IMG/VR virus record: IMGVR_UViG_3300037991_005043
Location: 1 to 64,000 of that record
From: a virus
Taxonomy: Duplodnaviria; Caudoviricetes
Strand: one strand, 5' to 3'
DNA length: 64,000 nucleotides
Positions 36,900-46,870 of this stretch are shown here, piece after piece (the first letter of the stretch is position 1; every line of letters starts with the position of its first letter). A program made the translations under genes and the position numbers. A model generated the notes under the pieces. That model made no database searches. It was not told the origin of the DNA and worked only from the letters and a program-made list of their open reading frames with translations.

Positions 36900-38423
36900 A
36901 TGGTAAGTAATCCACACTTTTACGGGCAGAGCACAACATTAACACCGAATCAAATTGAAGATGGAGTAGATTTCCCACATACGGGAATAATAAAGGCACT
37001 CGCTGATGGGCTAGGACAGAACTATGCAATTAGCGGATTCGACATTACGATTGATAGTGCTACACAAATAGATGTTGGGGCAGGGGTAATATTTAGAGAT
37101 GGTAAAAGAGAATCAATTAGTGCAGTTAATAATTTAACTTTAGGTAGGACTACTGCTAGTGAAAATTCTTATCACTTAGTTGTCGTTGATAAAGATAAGG
37201 CTATTGCAATTAGAAGCCCTAGTGCTAAGGATAAAGTCGCTGACTATACAGTAAGAACACTTACTTCTGGTTCTTCTACTGCTCATATTCAAGGAGATAC
37301 AATTATTGCCGTAGTAACACATAATGGAAGTAATCCAATGCCTATTCAATACCTAACCGTTGATAAGGCAGAAAATTCTCTTTCTATCGGTTATAGTAAT
37401 AACGGAACATATACCGAAGTTAGTAGTATTACTGGAACTTCTGCTGGTTTATTTATTAGTAATATTGGAACTGCTACGGTTGATGGTTCTGATAAAGTCT
37501 TAATTCAAGATGCAGGTAGTTCCGATGTAATTAAAACTGTAACTGCTTCCTCTATTGCTGCATTAGGTATTTCTGATATTGTTGATGATACAAGTCCACA
37601 ATTAGGCGGTGATTTAGATGTTAATGGTAATAAAATTACAGGAACAATTGTTCTTGATGGAAATACTTCGGTTGATTCTGGGCATACATTAACAATTGAT
37701 AGTGATTTAGAATTATCTGTTTCTTCTAATGATGCAGTTATCAAGAATACAAATCAAGATAATGATATAATTTTTAAGGTAAATGACGGTGGTTCAGATA
37801 CCGAATCTATGAGAATAGATGGGGATATTAATCAAGTTAAGATAAAATCTTTGGGTGTAGGTAGTGCTGCTGAACTAACTATTACTGAATCTTCAGATGA
37901 TATTACTTTCAAAAATACTGTTCAGGATAAAGATATTATATTCAACATTAATGATGGTGGAAGCGATACGGAAGTAATGAGAATAGACGGTTCTCAAAGT
38001 AATGTTGCAGTAGGGGCGACTTTCGCTGAATATAAATTAGATGTGAATGGTTCTATAAGAAGAAAGGGTAATGTTCAAGCAATAACGGAGGCAACGGGTA
38101 ATGCAATAGGTCCACCTCCTGTAGTATTGTATAATATATTATCAACAGATGATGTTATTTTGGCTTCTGCTCCTACAGGAACTCCACCAAATAATTTAAC
38201 TCTACATTTACCCGATGCTTCGGGAACAGATATTGGTAGAACATATAGAATAATAGCGATAGATGCAACTAACGCTTTAACTTTGGATAGAACAGGTTCA
38301 ACAGATGCAATTCATGGACCCGATGATGCAGTTTTATCTTTACCAATTTCACTTTCTACTGGTAAAATATATGATGTTATTTGTGTTGCTGATAACAAAT
38401 GGATGTTATTAACTCTAAACTGA
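36900..38423 (+). CDS. Tail fibre / receptor-binding protein
   Basis: DTSPQLGGDLDVNG fibre motif; internal repeats; last large gene of the late arm. Confidence 0.75.
   Translation: MVSNPHFYGQSTTLTPNQIEDGVDFPHTGIIKALADGLGQNYAISGFDITIDSATQIDVGAGVIFRDGKRESISAVNNLTLGRTTASENSYHLVVVDKDKAIAIRSPSAKDKVADYTVRTLTSGSSTAHIQGDTIIAVVTHNGSNPMPIQYLTVDKAENSLSIGYSNNGTYTEVSSITGTSAGLFISNIGTATVDGSDKVLIQDAGSSDVIKTVTASSIAALGISDIVDDTSPQLGGDLDVNGNKITGTIVLDGNTSVDSGHTLTIDSDLELSVSSNDAVIKNTNQDNDIIFKVNDGGSDTESMRIDGDINQVKIKSLGVGSAAELTITESSDDITFKNTVQDKDIIFNINDGGSDTEVMRIDGSQSNVAVGATFAEYKLDVNGSIRRKGNVQAITEATGNAIGPPPVVLYNILSTDDVILASAPTGTPPNNLTLHLPDASGTDIGRTYRIIAIDATNALTLDRTGSTDAIHGPDDAVLSLPISLSTGKIYDVICVADNKWMLLTLN
37705..37991 (+). 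repeat. Two ~40-aa internal repeats in the tail fibre
   Basis: IKNTNQDNDIIFKVNDGGSDTESMRIDG vs FKNTVQDKDIIFNINDGGSDTEVMRIDG; boundaries approximate. Confidence 0.85.
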
Positions 38424-38435
38424 TTGTGTGATATT

Positions 38436-38555
38436 ATGTCTTTTAGACATATACAACAAGTTGGAATACTGCTTGCTATATTAATAGTTACTATTCCGAT
38501 TATAGTTTTTGATAAAATACAAGAAATATGCATTTCTTTATTTTTTACAAAATAA
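38436..38555 (+). CDS. 39-aa single-TM peptide (not in track)
   Basis: MSFRHIQQVGILLAILIVTIPIIVFDKIQEICISLFFTK; weak GTGTGA RBS. Confidence 0.4.
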   Translation: MSFRHIQQVGILLAILIVTIPIIVFDKIQEICISLFFTK

Positions 38556-38583
38556 CTTTTTTTAAAAAACCAAAAAAAAGTGC

Positions 38584-38617
38584 GGGGAGAACCCGCCAAT
38601 TAAGACAGGTTCTCCCC
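38584..38617. terminator. Probable bidirectional terminator at the convergence of the two arms
   Basis: Perfect 10-bp stem GGGGAGAACC/GGTTCTCCCC, A-runs upstream and TTT downstream. Confidence 0.7.
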
Positions 38618-38758
38618 TTTAGTATGATTAGACCATGCTATCATACAACTTCTACATTCCCAAAGATATACTTTGGTTTCACTACCTACATAGAAACCTC
38701 TTATTCTTCTAGCAAGAGTTTTCTCCCCACAATGAGGGCAAGTTTGTTTTAATGTCAT
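38600..38758 (-). CDS. 52-aa Zn-ribbon microprotein (not in track)
   Basis: CPHC...CRSC; ATGA coupling to upstream gene; stop codon lies in the hairpin loop. Confidence 0.7.
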   Translation of the reverse strand: MTLKQTCPHCGEKTLARRIRGFYVGSETKVYLWECRSCMIAWSNHTKGENLS

Positions 38759-38907
38759 TTAATCTCATTATTCCTTTCATTAACGAGTCTTTTCATATAC
38801 TCTTCTACGCTTTCATCAGTAATATTACTACCACCAAATGCCGCAAAAAAGAGCAACAAAAGAATTGCAATGAAAAGAATAAGACTAAACCATTCCCATG
38901 TGCTCAT
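38755..38907 (-). CDS. 50-aa single-TM microprotein (not in track)
   Basis: MSTWEWFSLILFIAILLLLFFAAFGG...; TAATG coupling. Confidence 0.7.
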   Translation of the reverse strand: MSTWEWFSLILFIAILLLLFFAAFGGSNITDESVEEYMKRLVNERNNEIK

Positions 38908-39503
38908 TACCAATCAACCTCCAAATCTACAAATTCTTCTTTTTCTATGGAAAATGCTTTTACATAATTATTTTCTTTTCCATATTGATATAAATCATAG
39001 ACAAGTTTTGTATCTTTTAGACAATAATCTACCACTTCGTCATATTTACCTGCTTTCCACAACTTAGGAGCATCTTCGCTATCCATTAGTTTGAAATCAT
39101 TCATGGTGCATTTTACTAGATTCTTTAATCTGAATCTCTCACCATGACCTTTAAGTAAATCTTTAGAAGTGTCAATGTATCTTTTTTCACTTAGATATTT
39201 GTGAATACAATAAATGTCTAGGGAATCCCTTAGAATAGGTAAATCAAAAGAAACTATATTATGCCCTAGAAGAACTCCACCCTTTTCAAAATGGTCGTCT
39301 AGGTCATACTTTAAATCTCTAAGCGACTTAGTAACATATCCAGTTTTACTAATAGAATCTATTATTGGATTTTCTACATATACTGTAGCAGTATGCCCAT
39401 CCCATGTAGATACTGTAGATACTTGAAACATGTGAGTATTACCAAAGCCCCCAATGTCATAAGACATATTCTTAGTTTCTAAATCAAGGGCTAGAACAGA
39501 CAT
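38907..39503 (-). CDS. RNase H-fold DEDD 3'-5' exonuclease (YprB/RNase_H_2-like)
   Basis: ALDLET, GHNIVSFDLPIL, YCLKD motifs. Confidence 0.85.
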   Translation of the reverse strand: MSVLALDLETKNMSYDIGGFGNTHMFQVSTVSTWDGHTATVYVENPIIDSISKTGYVTKSLRDLKYDLDDHFEKGGVLLGHNIVSFDLPILRDSLDIYCIHKYLSEKRYIDTSKDLLKGHGERFRLKNLVKCTMNDFKLMDSEDAPKLWKAGKYDEVVDYCLKDTKLVYDLYQYGKENNYVKAFSIEKEEFVDLEVDW

Positions 39504-39507
39504 ATTA

Positions 39508-39750
39508 TCACTTCTTATTACCATTAGCGGTAGTAGCCCACAACTTAGAAATCTTCTGTTCTTGCTCATCAACAATAACTTCTTCTTCTAAGTCAGTTCT
39601 TCTCTTTAAGAAAACAACTATGTTAGTTCCTGCTACATTGAGCATAGAACAACATTCCCAACCATCTTCACCATAGGTATCTAGGCTTTCAATTATTACT
39701 TTTGGTCCTTTTGTTACATCAAATACTAATACTGTATTTTCCCACTTCAT
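39508..39750 (-). CDS. DUF4177-like small protein
   Basis: MKWE......L...G.DGWE pattern. Confidence 0.55.
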   Translation of the reverse strand: MKWENTVLVFDVTKGPKVIIESLDTYGEDGWECCSMLNVAGTNIVVFLKRRTDLEEEVIVDEQEQKISKLWATTANGNKK

Positions 39751-41372
39751 TAGAATTTCGCCCCCGTATAATTAATTCCCTTTCTATATATTGCGCCTAA
39801 TTCGATTGCTTTTCTTTTTGCTAGTGTTCCATCACCGTCTTTTTTAGTCAAAAACTTCTCATCTAATACCCTAGAATCAAACTCCTTTGCCTTTTTAATC
39901 ATATTATTTGCTTTCAGCATGGTCTTAGCCGCACCAGTCGCTACTAACGCCTCTTTCAGCGTTTCCATATAAAAGTAGCCTTGATTATCTCTCCTAAGAG
40001 CATTTGTTCTAAAACAGTTTAGAATTGCACTTAGAGAAGTTCCATTAGATAAGTTTTCTTGACCCATTTCTTTTTCAAACCAATCTACTAGTGATATGAA
40101 ACATTGTCTGATAATAGATGCACCCTGCTTTACATTTCTAGGTTGAACAATAAATCTTCTATCTTCATCTGTAATAAATGGTGCTTCAGCCAAACAGGAT
40201 AGATGAGATAACTTTTGTAGAATAATCATCCACCTAGAAGTAAAGTTATTTACTAACTTAGCAACTTTAGGATTTCTATTTCTAAGATATCTAATCAATA
40301 AAGTATATTCGTGCTTGATTGCATCTGAATACTGAGGGTGGTATTGCATTACTTGTTTCTTATCTCCACCTACCTCTACATATCTCTTGAAAAGCATATC
40401 GTAAATAGCAGTAAATTGATTTGCATATTCATCAATCGGTGCATTGTAATCTAATGCTTGACCTGCATATTCATATTGCTTATATCTCATTTTATCTTGA
40501 ACTGCTAGAGGAACATCTCTAACATAAACAATCATTCTTTGTAGAACACCAGTATTAGCAATTAGATGGTTGAACTTTTCAGGGATATATGTAGTTGCCC
40601 AAACAGACCTTTGACAAAAACAATCCATTTCCATGTTATCAGATTCGGATAATGCTTTGGTAATTATCCACCCATTACCCCATCTACTGTTCATTAATTT
40701 ATTTAGATATACAATTAATCTAGAAGAGTGTTGGGTTTGAGTAGATTTGAAAACACCTGAATATTCAAACTCATCCCAGTGTGCAGTTCCACTACCTTCT
40801 AAACTACCCTTTACTCTAGCATATTCTATACCTCTTTCTCCTGTTTCATCATCTACTACTTCTTCTCTCTTGTATTTACCAATGAGAGCAGAATCAGTAT
40901 AATCAGTTAATGCAAATATATTGTATGGTATAGGCATTAGTTCTTCTTTGTGAATAAACTTAGGGTGTTGGCTATTACTATTCATGTGAGTATATACCTT
41001 CTCTAGAATGGGTCGCATAAAGTTCCAAATTTCAGACTTACCAGTTCCGCTAGTTTGAACCCAACAAAAATGTATTCTAGAATCTTCTCTAGCAAACTTA
41101 CTAGGGATGTGTATAAAATCCTTAGCAATTTGTCCTAAAATAGAATAAGCACCAATAGTAGCAGGAACTTCATTCAAGTATGAAAACTCACCTGCGGTCA
41201 TAGAGTATTCTCTAATTAGTTTAGGTAGTCCTGCTCTAAACTCATTTTGGTTTTTTATCATTTCATCTAAATACAATTGTTCTTCTTCGGACAATTCTAT
41301 TTCTTCTTGAGGTATGTCTAACCCATCATCCTCATATATATCTTCTTCAATTACTTCAAAATCATCTGTCAT
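39750..41372 (-). CDS. AAA+ ATPase, candidate MCM-related replicative helicase
   Basis: Walker A QTSGTGKS, Walker B WDEFE, sensor VWATT, Arg finger LQRM; located in replication arm. Confidence 0.6.
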   Translation of the reverse strand: MTDDFEVIEEDIYEDDGLDIPQEEIELSEEEQLYLDEMIKNQNEFRAGLPKLIREYSMTAGEFSYLNEVPATIGAYSILGQIAKDFIHIPSKFAREDSRIHFCWVQTSGTGKSEIWNFMRPILEKVYTHMNSNSQHPKFIHKEELMPIPYNIFALTDYTDSALIGKYKREEVVDDETGERGIEYARVKGSLEGSGTAHWDEFEYSGVFKSTQTQHSSRLIVYLNKLMNSRWGNGWIITKALSESDNMEMDCFCQRSVWATTYIPEKFNHLIANTGVLQRMIVYVRDVPLAVQDKMRYKQYEYAGQALDYNAPIDEYANQFTAIYDMLFKRYVEVGGDKKQVMQYHPQYSDAIKHEYTLLIRYLRNRNPKVAKLVNNFTSRWMIILQKLSHLSCLAEAPFITDEDRRFIVQPRNVKQGASIIRQCFISLVDWFEKEMGQENLSNGTSLSAILNCFRTNALRRDNQGYFYMETLKEALVATGAAKTMLKANNMIKKAKEFDSRVLDEKFLTKKDGDGTLAKRKAIELGAIYRKGINYTGAKF

Positions 41373-42064
41373 ATTTTCACCTTTTCTTCATTATTTAATG
41401 TGGTAATAATTCTGTCGGCAAGGGTCTTACCAATCCCTTCAATCTCCTGTAGTTCACTACTACTACATTCCCCAACTTCCATAATAGAACCAAACTGGTC
41501 TATAAGTTTTTTACTTTTTTCACTAGATAATCCTTTGATAGTAGAAAGCACATCTACTCTCATATCATCAGTAGATATTCTTTTCAAAAGTTTAGGTTGG
41601 ATTACCTTTCTTTCCTTTGAAGCCATCTTACAAATAACCGCTATTAGTGTTGATGCTAAGTGTTCATTCTTAACATAGAACGGCTTTGCATCTGTATCTA
41701 AAGTTATTCGACCTATTGCACCATAAAACATATTTCTTAATGTTATTCTTCTAGATGCATAAGAGGCTTTACTCTTACTATTTTCTATAACTGTATCTAT
41801 AGCGTCATCTAAATCTCCGTAAATCATAACTATATTTACATCGAATGCTCTATCCATATTATCTAGTTGATTCCATATTCTTTTACTCATTACAGAACCA
41901 ATAAAATCTACTGCTGATTTAGCCTCAAAACAAATATCTCCATAAGTATAATCTCCTATCTCTAGCCATTTTTGTTCTACAGGTATTGCATATTTTTGCG
42001 CCTTAGTCCTAACTAGATTTACTAATTTAGAACCGCTTCTTTCTCTACTATCAATCATTAACAT
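41369..42064 (-). CDS. ERCC4/XPF(Hef)-family nuclease with tandem HhH
   Basis: IDSRE, GDY, EAKS..D, C-terminal IKGLS/IEGIG HhH motifs. Confidence 0.88.
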   Translation of the reverse strand: MLMIDSRERSGSKLVNLVRTKAQKYAIPVEQKWLEIGDYTYGDICFEAKSAVDFIGSVMSKRIWNQLDNMDRAFDVNIVMIYGDLDDAIDTVIENSKSKASYASRRITLRNMFYGAIGRITLDTDAKPFYVKNEHLASTLIAVICKMASKERKVIQPKLLKRISTDDMRVDVLSTIKGLSSEKSKKLIDQFGSIMEVGECSSSELQEIEGIGKTLADRIITTLNNEEKVKI

Positions 42065-43076
42065 TATGATACCTCCAACATCTTCCTACACAATACCCAT
42101 CTGAAATTAATTTTTGACAAGAAGGTGTAGAATAATTACCGAATACTGTAAATTTAGCATGTTTAGTAGTTGTTGCTTTATCCCAATCTAACCACATTTC
42201 ATCATTACTAGCAAAGGTAACTTCTATTTCTTCTACTACCCTACGCAAAATTTCATTCTTAGTTCCCATATCTAATACCTTTCTACAGGAACTAAGTAAA
42301 TCACGATACCATGCTACTAAATATGCTCTAGAAATATGTGCTGGATTTTCAGTCGCATTTGCACTATACAAGCAAGGTAATACTGGAAGGCTACCACTAT
42401 GCTTAGGAACTGAAACCTCTTCTAGAACTTCTTCTATTGGGGGAAGAATAGGGAATGTAGTGAGAACATTACCGCTTTTCCTAAAGGGAATAAATCTAGG
42501 TTGCTTAGATAGTTCTAGAATATCCCCTAAATCTGACATAAAATCCTCTTCTACTAACGGAATACAGTAAAGAGAAGCAGAAAGATTGAGTGTATTCGGA
42601 ACTCTTCTTAATCTACTCACTTGCCCTACTCTATCATCTAGTGTAATATCTTCTCCAACTTTACTAATTAGAAACTCTTTCAGTTCTTTGAAATATGCCT
42701 GTATATTTCTAATATCATAAGTAGGTTCACCTTCAATAAAAAGGTGAAACCCCCTACCAGAAAAGAATACAGTATGCACTAATTCTTCTTCTAATACCTT
42801 AGACATTATTACTTTCAAATCACGGAATGCTTTTTCTAAACTCTCTCCATCATGTGCATCAAAGTCTAGAAATATCCTATCTAATATAACTGATGATTCT
42901 ATTTTTGCACTATCTGTAAATCTCTCAAAGTCATAAACTGTGGTATATACATTAGTGTGATTATTCTGCGCTTTTACAAAATCAATGTATTCATTCTTCG
43001 TTCTCATTATCTTTCTTTTCATCTGAGGAGCGTTCTTTATGTGGCTCCCCGCCCAAACTTCTCTCGGATATTTCAT
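42051..43076 (-). CDS. priS: Archaeo-eukaryotic primase, PriS fused to a PriL-like Cys domain
   Basis: FLDFD, SGRGFH, D......RLRRVPNT; C-terminal LPCL...H..R...PSC..L...GYC...C. Confidence 0.88.
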   Translation of the reverse strand: MKYPREVWAGSHIKNAPQMKRKIMRTKNEYIDFVKAQNNHTNVYTTVYDFERFTDSAKIESSVILDRIFLDFDAHDGESLEKAFRDLKVIMSKVLEEELVHTVFFSGRGFHLFIEGEPTYDIRNIQAYFKELKEFLISKVGEDITLDDRVGQVSRLRRVPNTLNLSASLYCIPLVEEDFMSDLGDILELSKQPRFIPFRKSGNVLTTFPILPPIEEVLEEVSVPKHSGSLPVLPCLYSANATENPAHISRAYLVAWYRDLLSSCRKVLDMGTKNEILRRVVEEIEVTFASNDEMWLDWDKATTTKHAKFTVFGNYSTPSCQKLISDGYCVGRCWRYHNVND

Positions 43077-43377
43077 CTATTTCACCACCTAAATTAAAAT
43101 CTACTTTTGCTCTACTTAGTAGAGAATTTATTACTGTTGCTACTTTACTTTTCAAAACAGTAGTTACTACCATCTTAATAGCCTCATCAAAATACATACC
43201 AACATAATCTTCCTTTACTCTATATTCTCTTAGTAAAGAAAACTTCTGTGATATGCTAAGAACTGAATATACTTCTTCACTTATTACCATTACGGCTTTT
43301 TTAATATCAGTTAATTCTACAACAGTCCATTCTTTATTTAATACTGATGTTTTAATCATATCTTCTATATTACTCAT
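42991..43377 (-). CDS. Hypothetical protein
   Basis: 128 aa; 3' end overlaps primase start. Confidence 0.6.
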   Translation of the reverse strand: MSNIEDMIKTSVLNKEWTVVELTDIKKAVMVISEEVYSVLSISQKFSLLREYRVKEDYVGMYFDEAIKMVVTTVLKSKVATVINSLLSRAKVDFNLGGEIDEISERSLGGEPHKERSSDEKKDNENEE

Positions 43378-43553
43378 AATTTATCACTCAACCATTTTAT
43401 TTTTCTTCTTAAATCACTTATTTTTTCATGTACTCTAGTCAATTCACTTTGACAACTCTTCAAACGGTCATATATAGCAAGACCAAATAGAGAACAAAAA
43501 ATAATAGTGAAAAAAAGAACTATTAAGACTACCCCATCCAATAACCTTAACAT
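43374..43553 (-). CDS. Small membrane-anchored protein
   Basis: N-terminal TM followed by coiled coil; start trimmed from the track. Confidence 0.55.
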   Translation of the reverse strand: MLRLLDGVVLIVLFFTIIFCSLFGLAIYDRLKSCQSELTRVHEKISDLRRKIKWLSDKL

Positions 43554-43557
43554 AAAA

Positions 43558-44457
43558 TCAAAACCCAAATCCGTTCTCCGCAGAACACTTACCATAGAAA
43601 GAGCAATACTTTGAACAAGTTGGTGCGTAAAATTTTGGTTCAAAATTCTTTTCCTCGTAAGCCTTAATCAATTTAGCAATAGAATTCTTTAAAGAAGTCA
43701 TGCTAGTTTTAATAATAGGCTCAACATAAAAATGGTCTGCCGCAGGATAATACCAACCCCAATGACTTACTTCCATTTTAGAGTTAAGTCCATATTTTTC
43801 TAAAACTTCTACTGGGCAACTCTCTAACATTAGTTGATAGAAAGCCATTTCTTTTCTCATACCAGAAACTTTACTATCAGACCAATTACCAGTCTTTAAT
43901 TCAAAAGGTATTAGATTACCATTCTCGATAAATATTCTATCAATGATACCTTGTAATCTAACAGTATAATTCTTCTTTAGAGGATATTTCTTACTGAAAT
44001 TTTTAGGTATAATTATTTCAGCATCAAACAGTCCTTCATTCACAATAGGTAGGTATTCATGAGTTTTACCTTCACCTCTTGCCTCTAGGAATCTTTGTGC
44101 TTCAAAGGATGCTATTGTCATATACATTTCAGCATACTCATCTACAGGAAATAGACTAGAACAATAATCTATCAGTTCTTCTGCTTCCATAGTTTCTGCC
44201 TTCTTAATATCAAACTCATTAAAGAATTCTTCTCTAGCATTGTGAACTATAGTTCCTTTTCTCATTGCTTCTGTTTGGTCTTGTGGTAATCTTTCTATGT
44301 AAGAAAACTCATACTTCTTAGGACACCATTCGTATGACATCAAAGAAGATTTAGTAATCTTCAAGATAGGTTCTCCATCTTCTCCATAGGTATCAACATT
44401 CCACTGATAGCCCATTTCTTTCATTTCATCTATTATTTCTTCATATGTTTTATTCAT
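43558..44457 (-). CDS. Cas4-like PD-(D/E)XK exonuclease with four-Cys Fe-S pattern
   Basis: WCP, G..VH, GIIDRI, ELKTG, Q...Y, C...C.F...C. Confidence 0.85.
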   Translation of the reverse strand: MNKTYEEIIDEMKEMGYQWNVDTYGEDGEPILKITKSSLMSYEWCPKKYEFSYIERLPQDQTEAMRKGTIVHNAREEFFNEFDIKKAETMEAEELIDYCSSLFPVDEYAEMYMTIASFEAQRFLEARGEGKTHEYLPIVNEGLFDAEIIIPKNFSKKYPLKKNYTVRLQGIIDRIFIENGNLIPFELKTGNWSDSKVSGMRKEMAFYQLMLESCPVEVLEKYGLNSKMEVSHWGWYYPAADHFYVEPIIKTSMTSLKNSIAKLIKAYEEKNFEPKFYAPTCSKYCSFYGKCSAENGFGF

Positions 44458-44695
44458 TTTTTTCATCTCCTTGTGATTTGTGGCTCCTACAATATTTACT
44501 ACCATTATTGTAGTCATTCCAAGCGTTACATTTTTTCCCTGCGTGGGTTATGCCTTGACATCTAAAACCTTCGGGTCTTATATCTGAGTTGTAGCACTTA
44601 TGGCAGAATGCTATGTAGTTATCTCCTTTTTCCTTCCATCTACTATATCTAACGGTAACATAGTTTGGGCAATTGTAGCACTTAACTCTAGGCAT
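44450..44695 (-). CDS. Multi-Cys Zn-finger protein
   Basis: CYNC, CHKC, C.G.T..G..C....YC..H. Confidence 0.7.
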   Translation of the reverse strand: MPRVKCYNCPNYVTVRYSRWKEKGDNYIAFCHKCYNSDIRPEGFRCQGITHAGKKCNAWNDYNNGSKYCRSHKSQGDEKNE

Positions 44696-45651
44696 TAGAA
44701 CCACTCATCCAATCCCGTTTGTATTGTTCCTAATTTTATATTTTTAGAATCCCATCCCATAGCATCAAATACAGGTTGAGCCTTCTTAATTACCGATTCA
44801 GCATAATGTTCCCAATCAGGTTCTACATCTTCAAAATAGTTTAATGATGGTGCTGAATAGTATTTAGCATATCTAGTTTCTTTAGTAACAGGATGAATAT
44901 ATTTAGTATTCTTGTTCCTAGTTCTAACAAAGAAATATGAATCAACCCCTTGCTTTGTAAAATCAAACTCACCGCTTTGTTGCCCTGCTATAATTCCTTC
45001 AATACCTTGACCTATTGAGATAGATTTATACTCTCCATCTTTTCTTTTTCCAGATGAAAAGTTCTTTACAGGATTCATACAGGGTTTAGAAATATATCCT
45101 CCAATTGATATATCTTTATCCTTAAAGGTTCCATCACAAACTTCTGGTAAATTATGTAAGGAGTATTTCTTCTTGCACTTTGGGCAACTAATTTTGAATC
45201 TCTCCTCTTTCAATCTACTTCTTTTTATGACATCTCTCTTATCTGTTTTACCCGATAAAACTTCAACATATTTGTTGTGTAATTCTTTTACAATGTAATT
45301 TTGGCTTTTACCTTCTACCCACATATTCAAAACATCTATTTGAACACCTTTTGATAAAGTAGTTTCACTAACTCTTTTTGCCGTGAAACCTGTCATGGTA
45401 AATTTGGGCTTATCTAACCATACTCCATCATCCCAAGATACTAATCCTGCGTTTCTGTTTTTAGTAGCACCGACACCCAATGCTGAATAATATTTCTCAA
45501 ACTCCAACACAACGGGATGTTGTTCAAGTCCGAGAACATTCGGGAACTTCTTTCTAACTTCATTTTCTATCTCCTTGATTACCTTTTGTGCTTTTTCTAC
45601 ACTACCTATTTGAACATAAATAGAATCAGTATGCCCATAAACTACTTTCAT
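44695..45651 (-). CDS. polB: Family B DNA polymerase, C-terminal subunit (motif C, thumb, PIP box)
   Basis: YGHTDS, LEFEK, K.RY-like KNRNAG, Zn-ribbon insert CPKC, terminal PIP box QTGLDEWF. Confidence 0.9.
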   Translation of the reverse strand: MKVVYGHTDSIYVQIGSVEKAQKVIKEIENEVRKKFPNVLGLEQHPVVLEFEKYYSALGVGATKNRNAGLVSWDDGVWLDKPKFTMTGFTAKRVSETTLSKGVQIDVLNMWVEGKSQNYIVKELHNKYVEVLSGKTDKRDVIKRSRLKEERFKISCPKCKKKYSLHNLPEVCDGTFKDKDISIGGYISKPCMNPVKNFSSGKRKDGEYKSISIGQGIEGIIAGQQSGEFDFTKQGVDSYFFVRTRNKNTKYIHPVTKETRYAKYYSAPSLNYFEDVEPDWEHYAESVIKKAQPVFDAMGWDSKNIKLGTIQTGLDEWF

Positions 45652-45782
45652 TTTATTTCCTCCAATAAAATAGAATCTATCATTTTTCTATTCAAATCAA
45701 TATCGTGTTTCATCGAAACTAATCTGATTAGAATATAAGTGAAATACCCTACTATTGTAAATTTCCATATAGTATCTATCAT
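45648..45782 (-). CDS. 44-aa TM microprotein (not in track)
   Basis: GGGGGG RBS; ATGA coupling into polB-C. Confidence 0.6.
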   Translation of the reverse strand: MIDTIWKFTIVGYFTYILIRLVSMKHDIDLNRKMIDSILLEEIK

Positions 45783-45794
45783 CTTAACCCCCCC

Positions 45795-46118
45795 TCAATG
45801 GTGGAAGTTGCTATGAAAGTTAGGCGTAGTGTTATCATTGCTATCGAACTTTCTCTTATCATTTTCAAATTCAGTATCAGCCATTAACTTAGTGAACTGT
45901 ATTTGTTCTACAATCTTTTCAGGTTCTACAATATAGGCTTCATTAATTTCTGTTAAGAAATCAATTCTTCTAACTGCTGAGTTTCTAATACCTGTGCAAT
46001 TACCCATGTCGTCTTTTACTATAGTAAATTCAGAAAGTGGACCAATTGTAGCAACTACTTCTCCTTTTACAGTAAGAATCTCTTCCCCTAGTTCATAGTG
46101 TATAACTGCCTTAAACAT
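45795..46118 (-). CDS. Hypothetical protein
   Basis: GGTGA RBS; 107 aa. Confidence 0.7.
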   Translation of the reverse strand: MFKAVIHYELGEEILTVKGEVVATIGPLSEFTIVKDDMGNCTGIRNSAVRRIDFLTEINEAYIVEPEKIVEQIQFTKLMADTEFENDKRKFDSNDNTTPNFHSNFHH

Positions 46119-46352
46119 TCAAATCACCCTTGTAAATAGAAAGTTAAGAGGCTCATTTCTATCTTTAGCCATCTGTTCTTGTATTTCTCTAACTACCTTA
46201 ATTAAATCTCTATTAGTATTTTCATGTAAATAATCTACATCATTGCTTAGTGCATTTAATCTAGTAGTTAAAACACCAATAGTTTTCTGCATGTCTGCAA
46301 TAGTTTCTGTCTGAGTTTCTAGCATCTTTATCAATTCTTCAATTTTATTCAT
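46119..46352 (-). CDS. Small coiled-coil protein
   Basis: GGAGG RBS; heptad pattern. Confidence 0.7.
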   Translation of the reverse strand: MNKIEELIKMLETQTETIADMQKTIGVLTTRLNALSNDVDYLHENTNRDLIKVVREIQEQMAKDRNEPLNFLFTRVI

Positions 46353-46364
46353 TTTATTTCCTCC

Positions 46365-46520
46365 TTAGAGCACCACTAAAAGTAGAGTTAATATTGTGGC
46401 TATATTAACTATATTTACCATCATTAGAATCTTATTACTTCTCTTAACATTATCTAATAAATCTTTCATAGTATCGTGGGTCATACTTTGTACTTCTATT
46501 AATTCGCTTAAATCAATCAT
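46365..46520 (-). CDS. Small C-terminally anchored membrane protein
   Basis: ILMMVNIVNIATILTLLLVVL terminus. Confidence 0.6.
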   Translation of the reverse strand: MIDLSELIEVQSMTHDTMKDLLDNVKRSNKILMMVNIVNIATILTLLLVVL

Positions 46521-46713
46521 TTTTCTTTCTCCAAATTCCTTTTCCATTTTTACCTGCTATTAATTTCAACATAAAGCCAATAGAGCGAGTGCTACCTACA
46601 TAAGTGCTATGTCCTGCTTCTTTTAGTTTCTGCACTACAGTATCGGCAGTAAATTCTCTATCACCCATATCATTGACTATCTTTTTGACCGCTTCAAATA
46701 TTCTTTCATTCAT
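46513..46713 (-). CDS. Small winged-helix-like protein
   Basis: FTADTVVQKL...STRSIGFMLK...GKGIW. Confidence 0.55.
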   Translation of the reverse strand: MNERIFEAVKKIVNDMGDREFTADTVVQKLKEAGHSTYVGSTRSIGFMLKLIAGKNGKGIWRKKND

Positions 46714-46870
46714 CTAAATTCCTCGCCCTGCGATTTGGTTTCATTTTATTTATTAACATGATAAGCCCATATTCTACACAATTTCTGCATACCGACCATT
46801 CTTCATCTCCCAAAACAAATGTTCTAAGATATTCATTTTCACCGCATATCATACAATCACTACTTCCCAT
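46706..46870 (-). CDS. 54-aa Zn-finger microprotein (not in track)
   Basis: CMIC...CRNC; TAATG coupling to the polB-N stop. Confidence 0.7.
   Translation of the reverse strand: MGSSDCMICGENEYLRTFVLGDEEWSVCRNCVEYGLIMLINKMKPNRRARNLDE

Noticed and set aside
38436-38555. Holin call for the 39-aa TM peptide at the end of the late arm
   Set aside because: Weak RBS, no endolysin partner and no family signature; kept only as a low-confidence ORF.
43558-44457. Cas4-like gene as evidence of a CRISPR locus
   Set aside because: No repeat-spacer array or other cas genes seen; solo Cas4-like nucleases are common in viral replication modules.
45652-46869. Split intein or group I/II intron between the polB halves
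   Set aside because: No intein termini (C/S start, HN end) and no intron-like structure; the gap is tiled by coupled ORFs.
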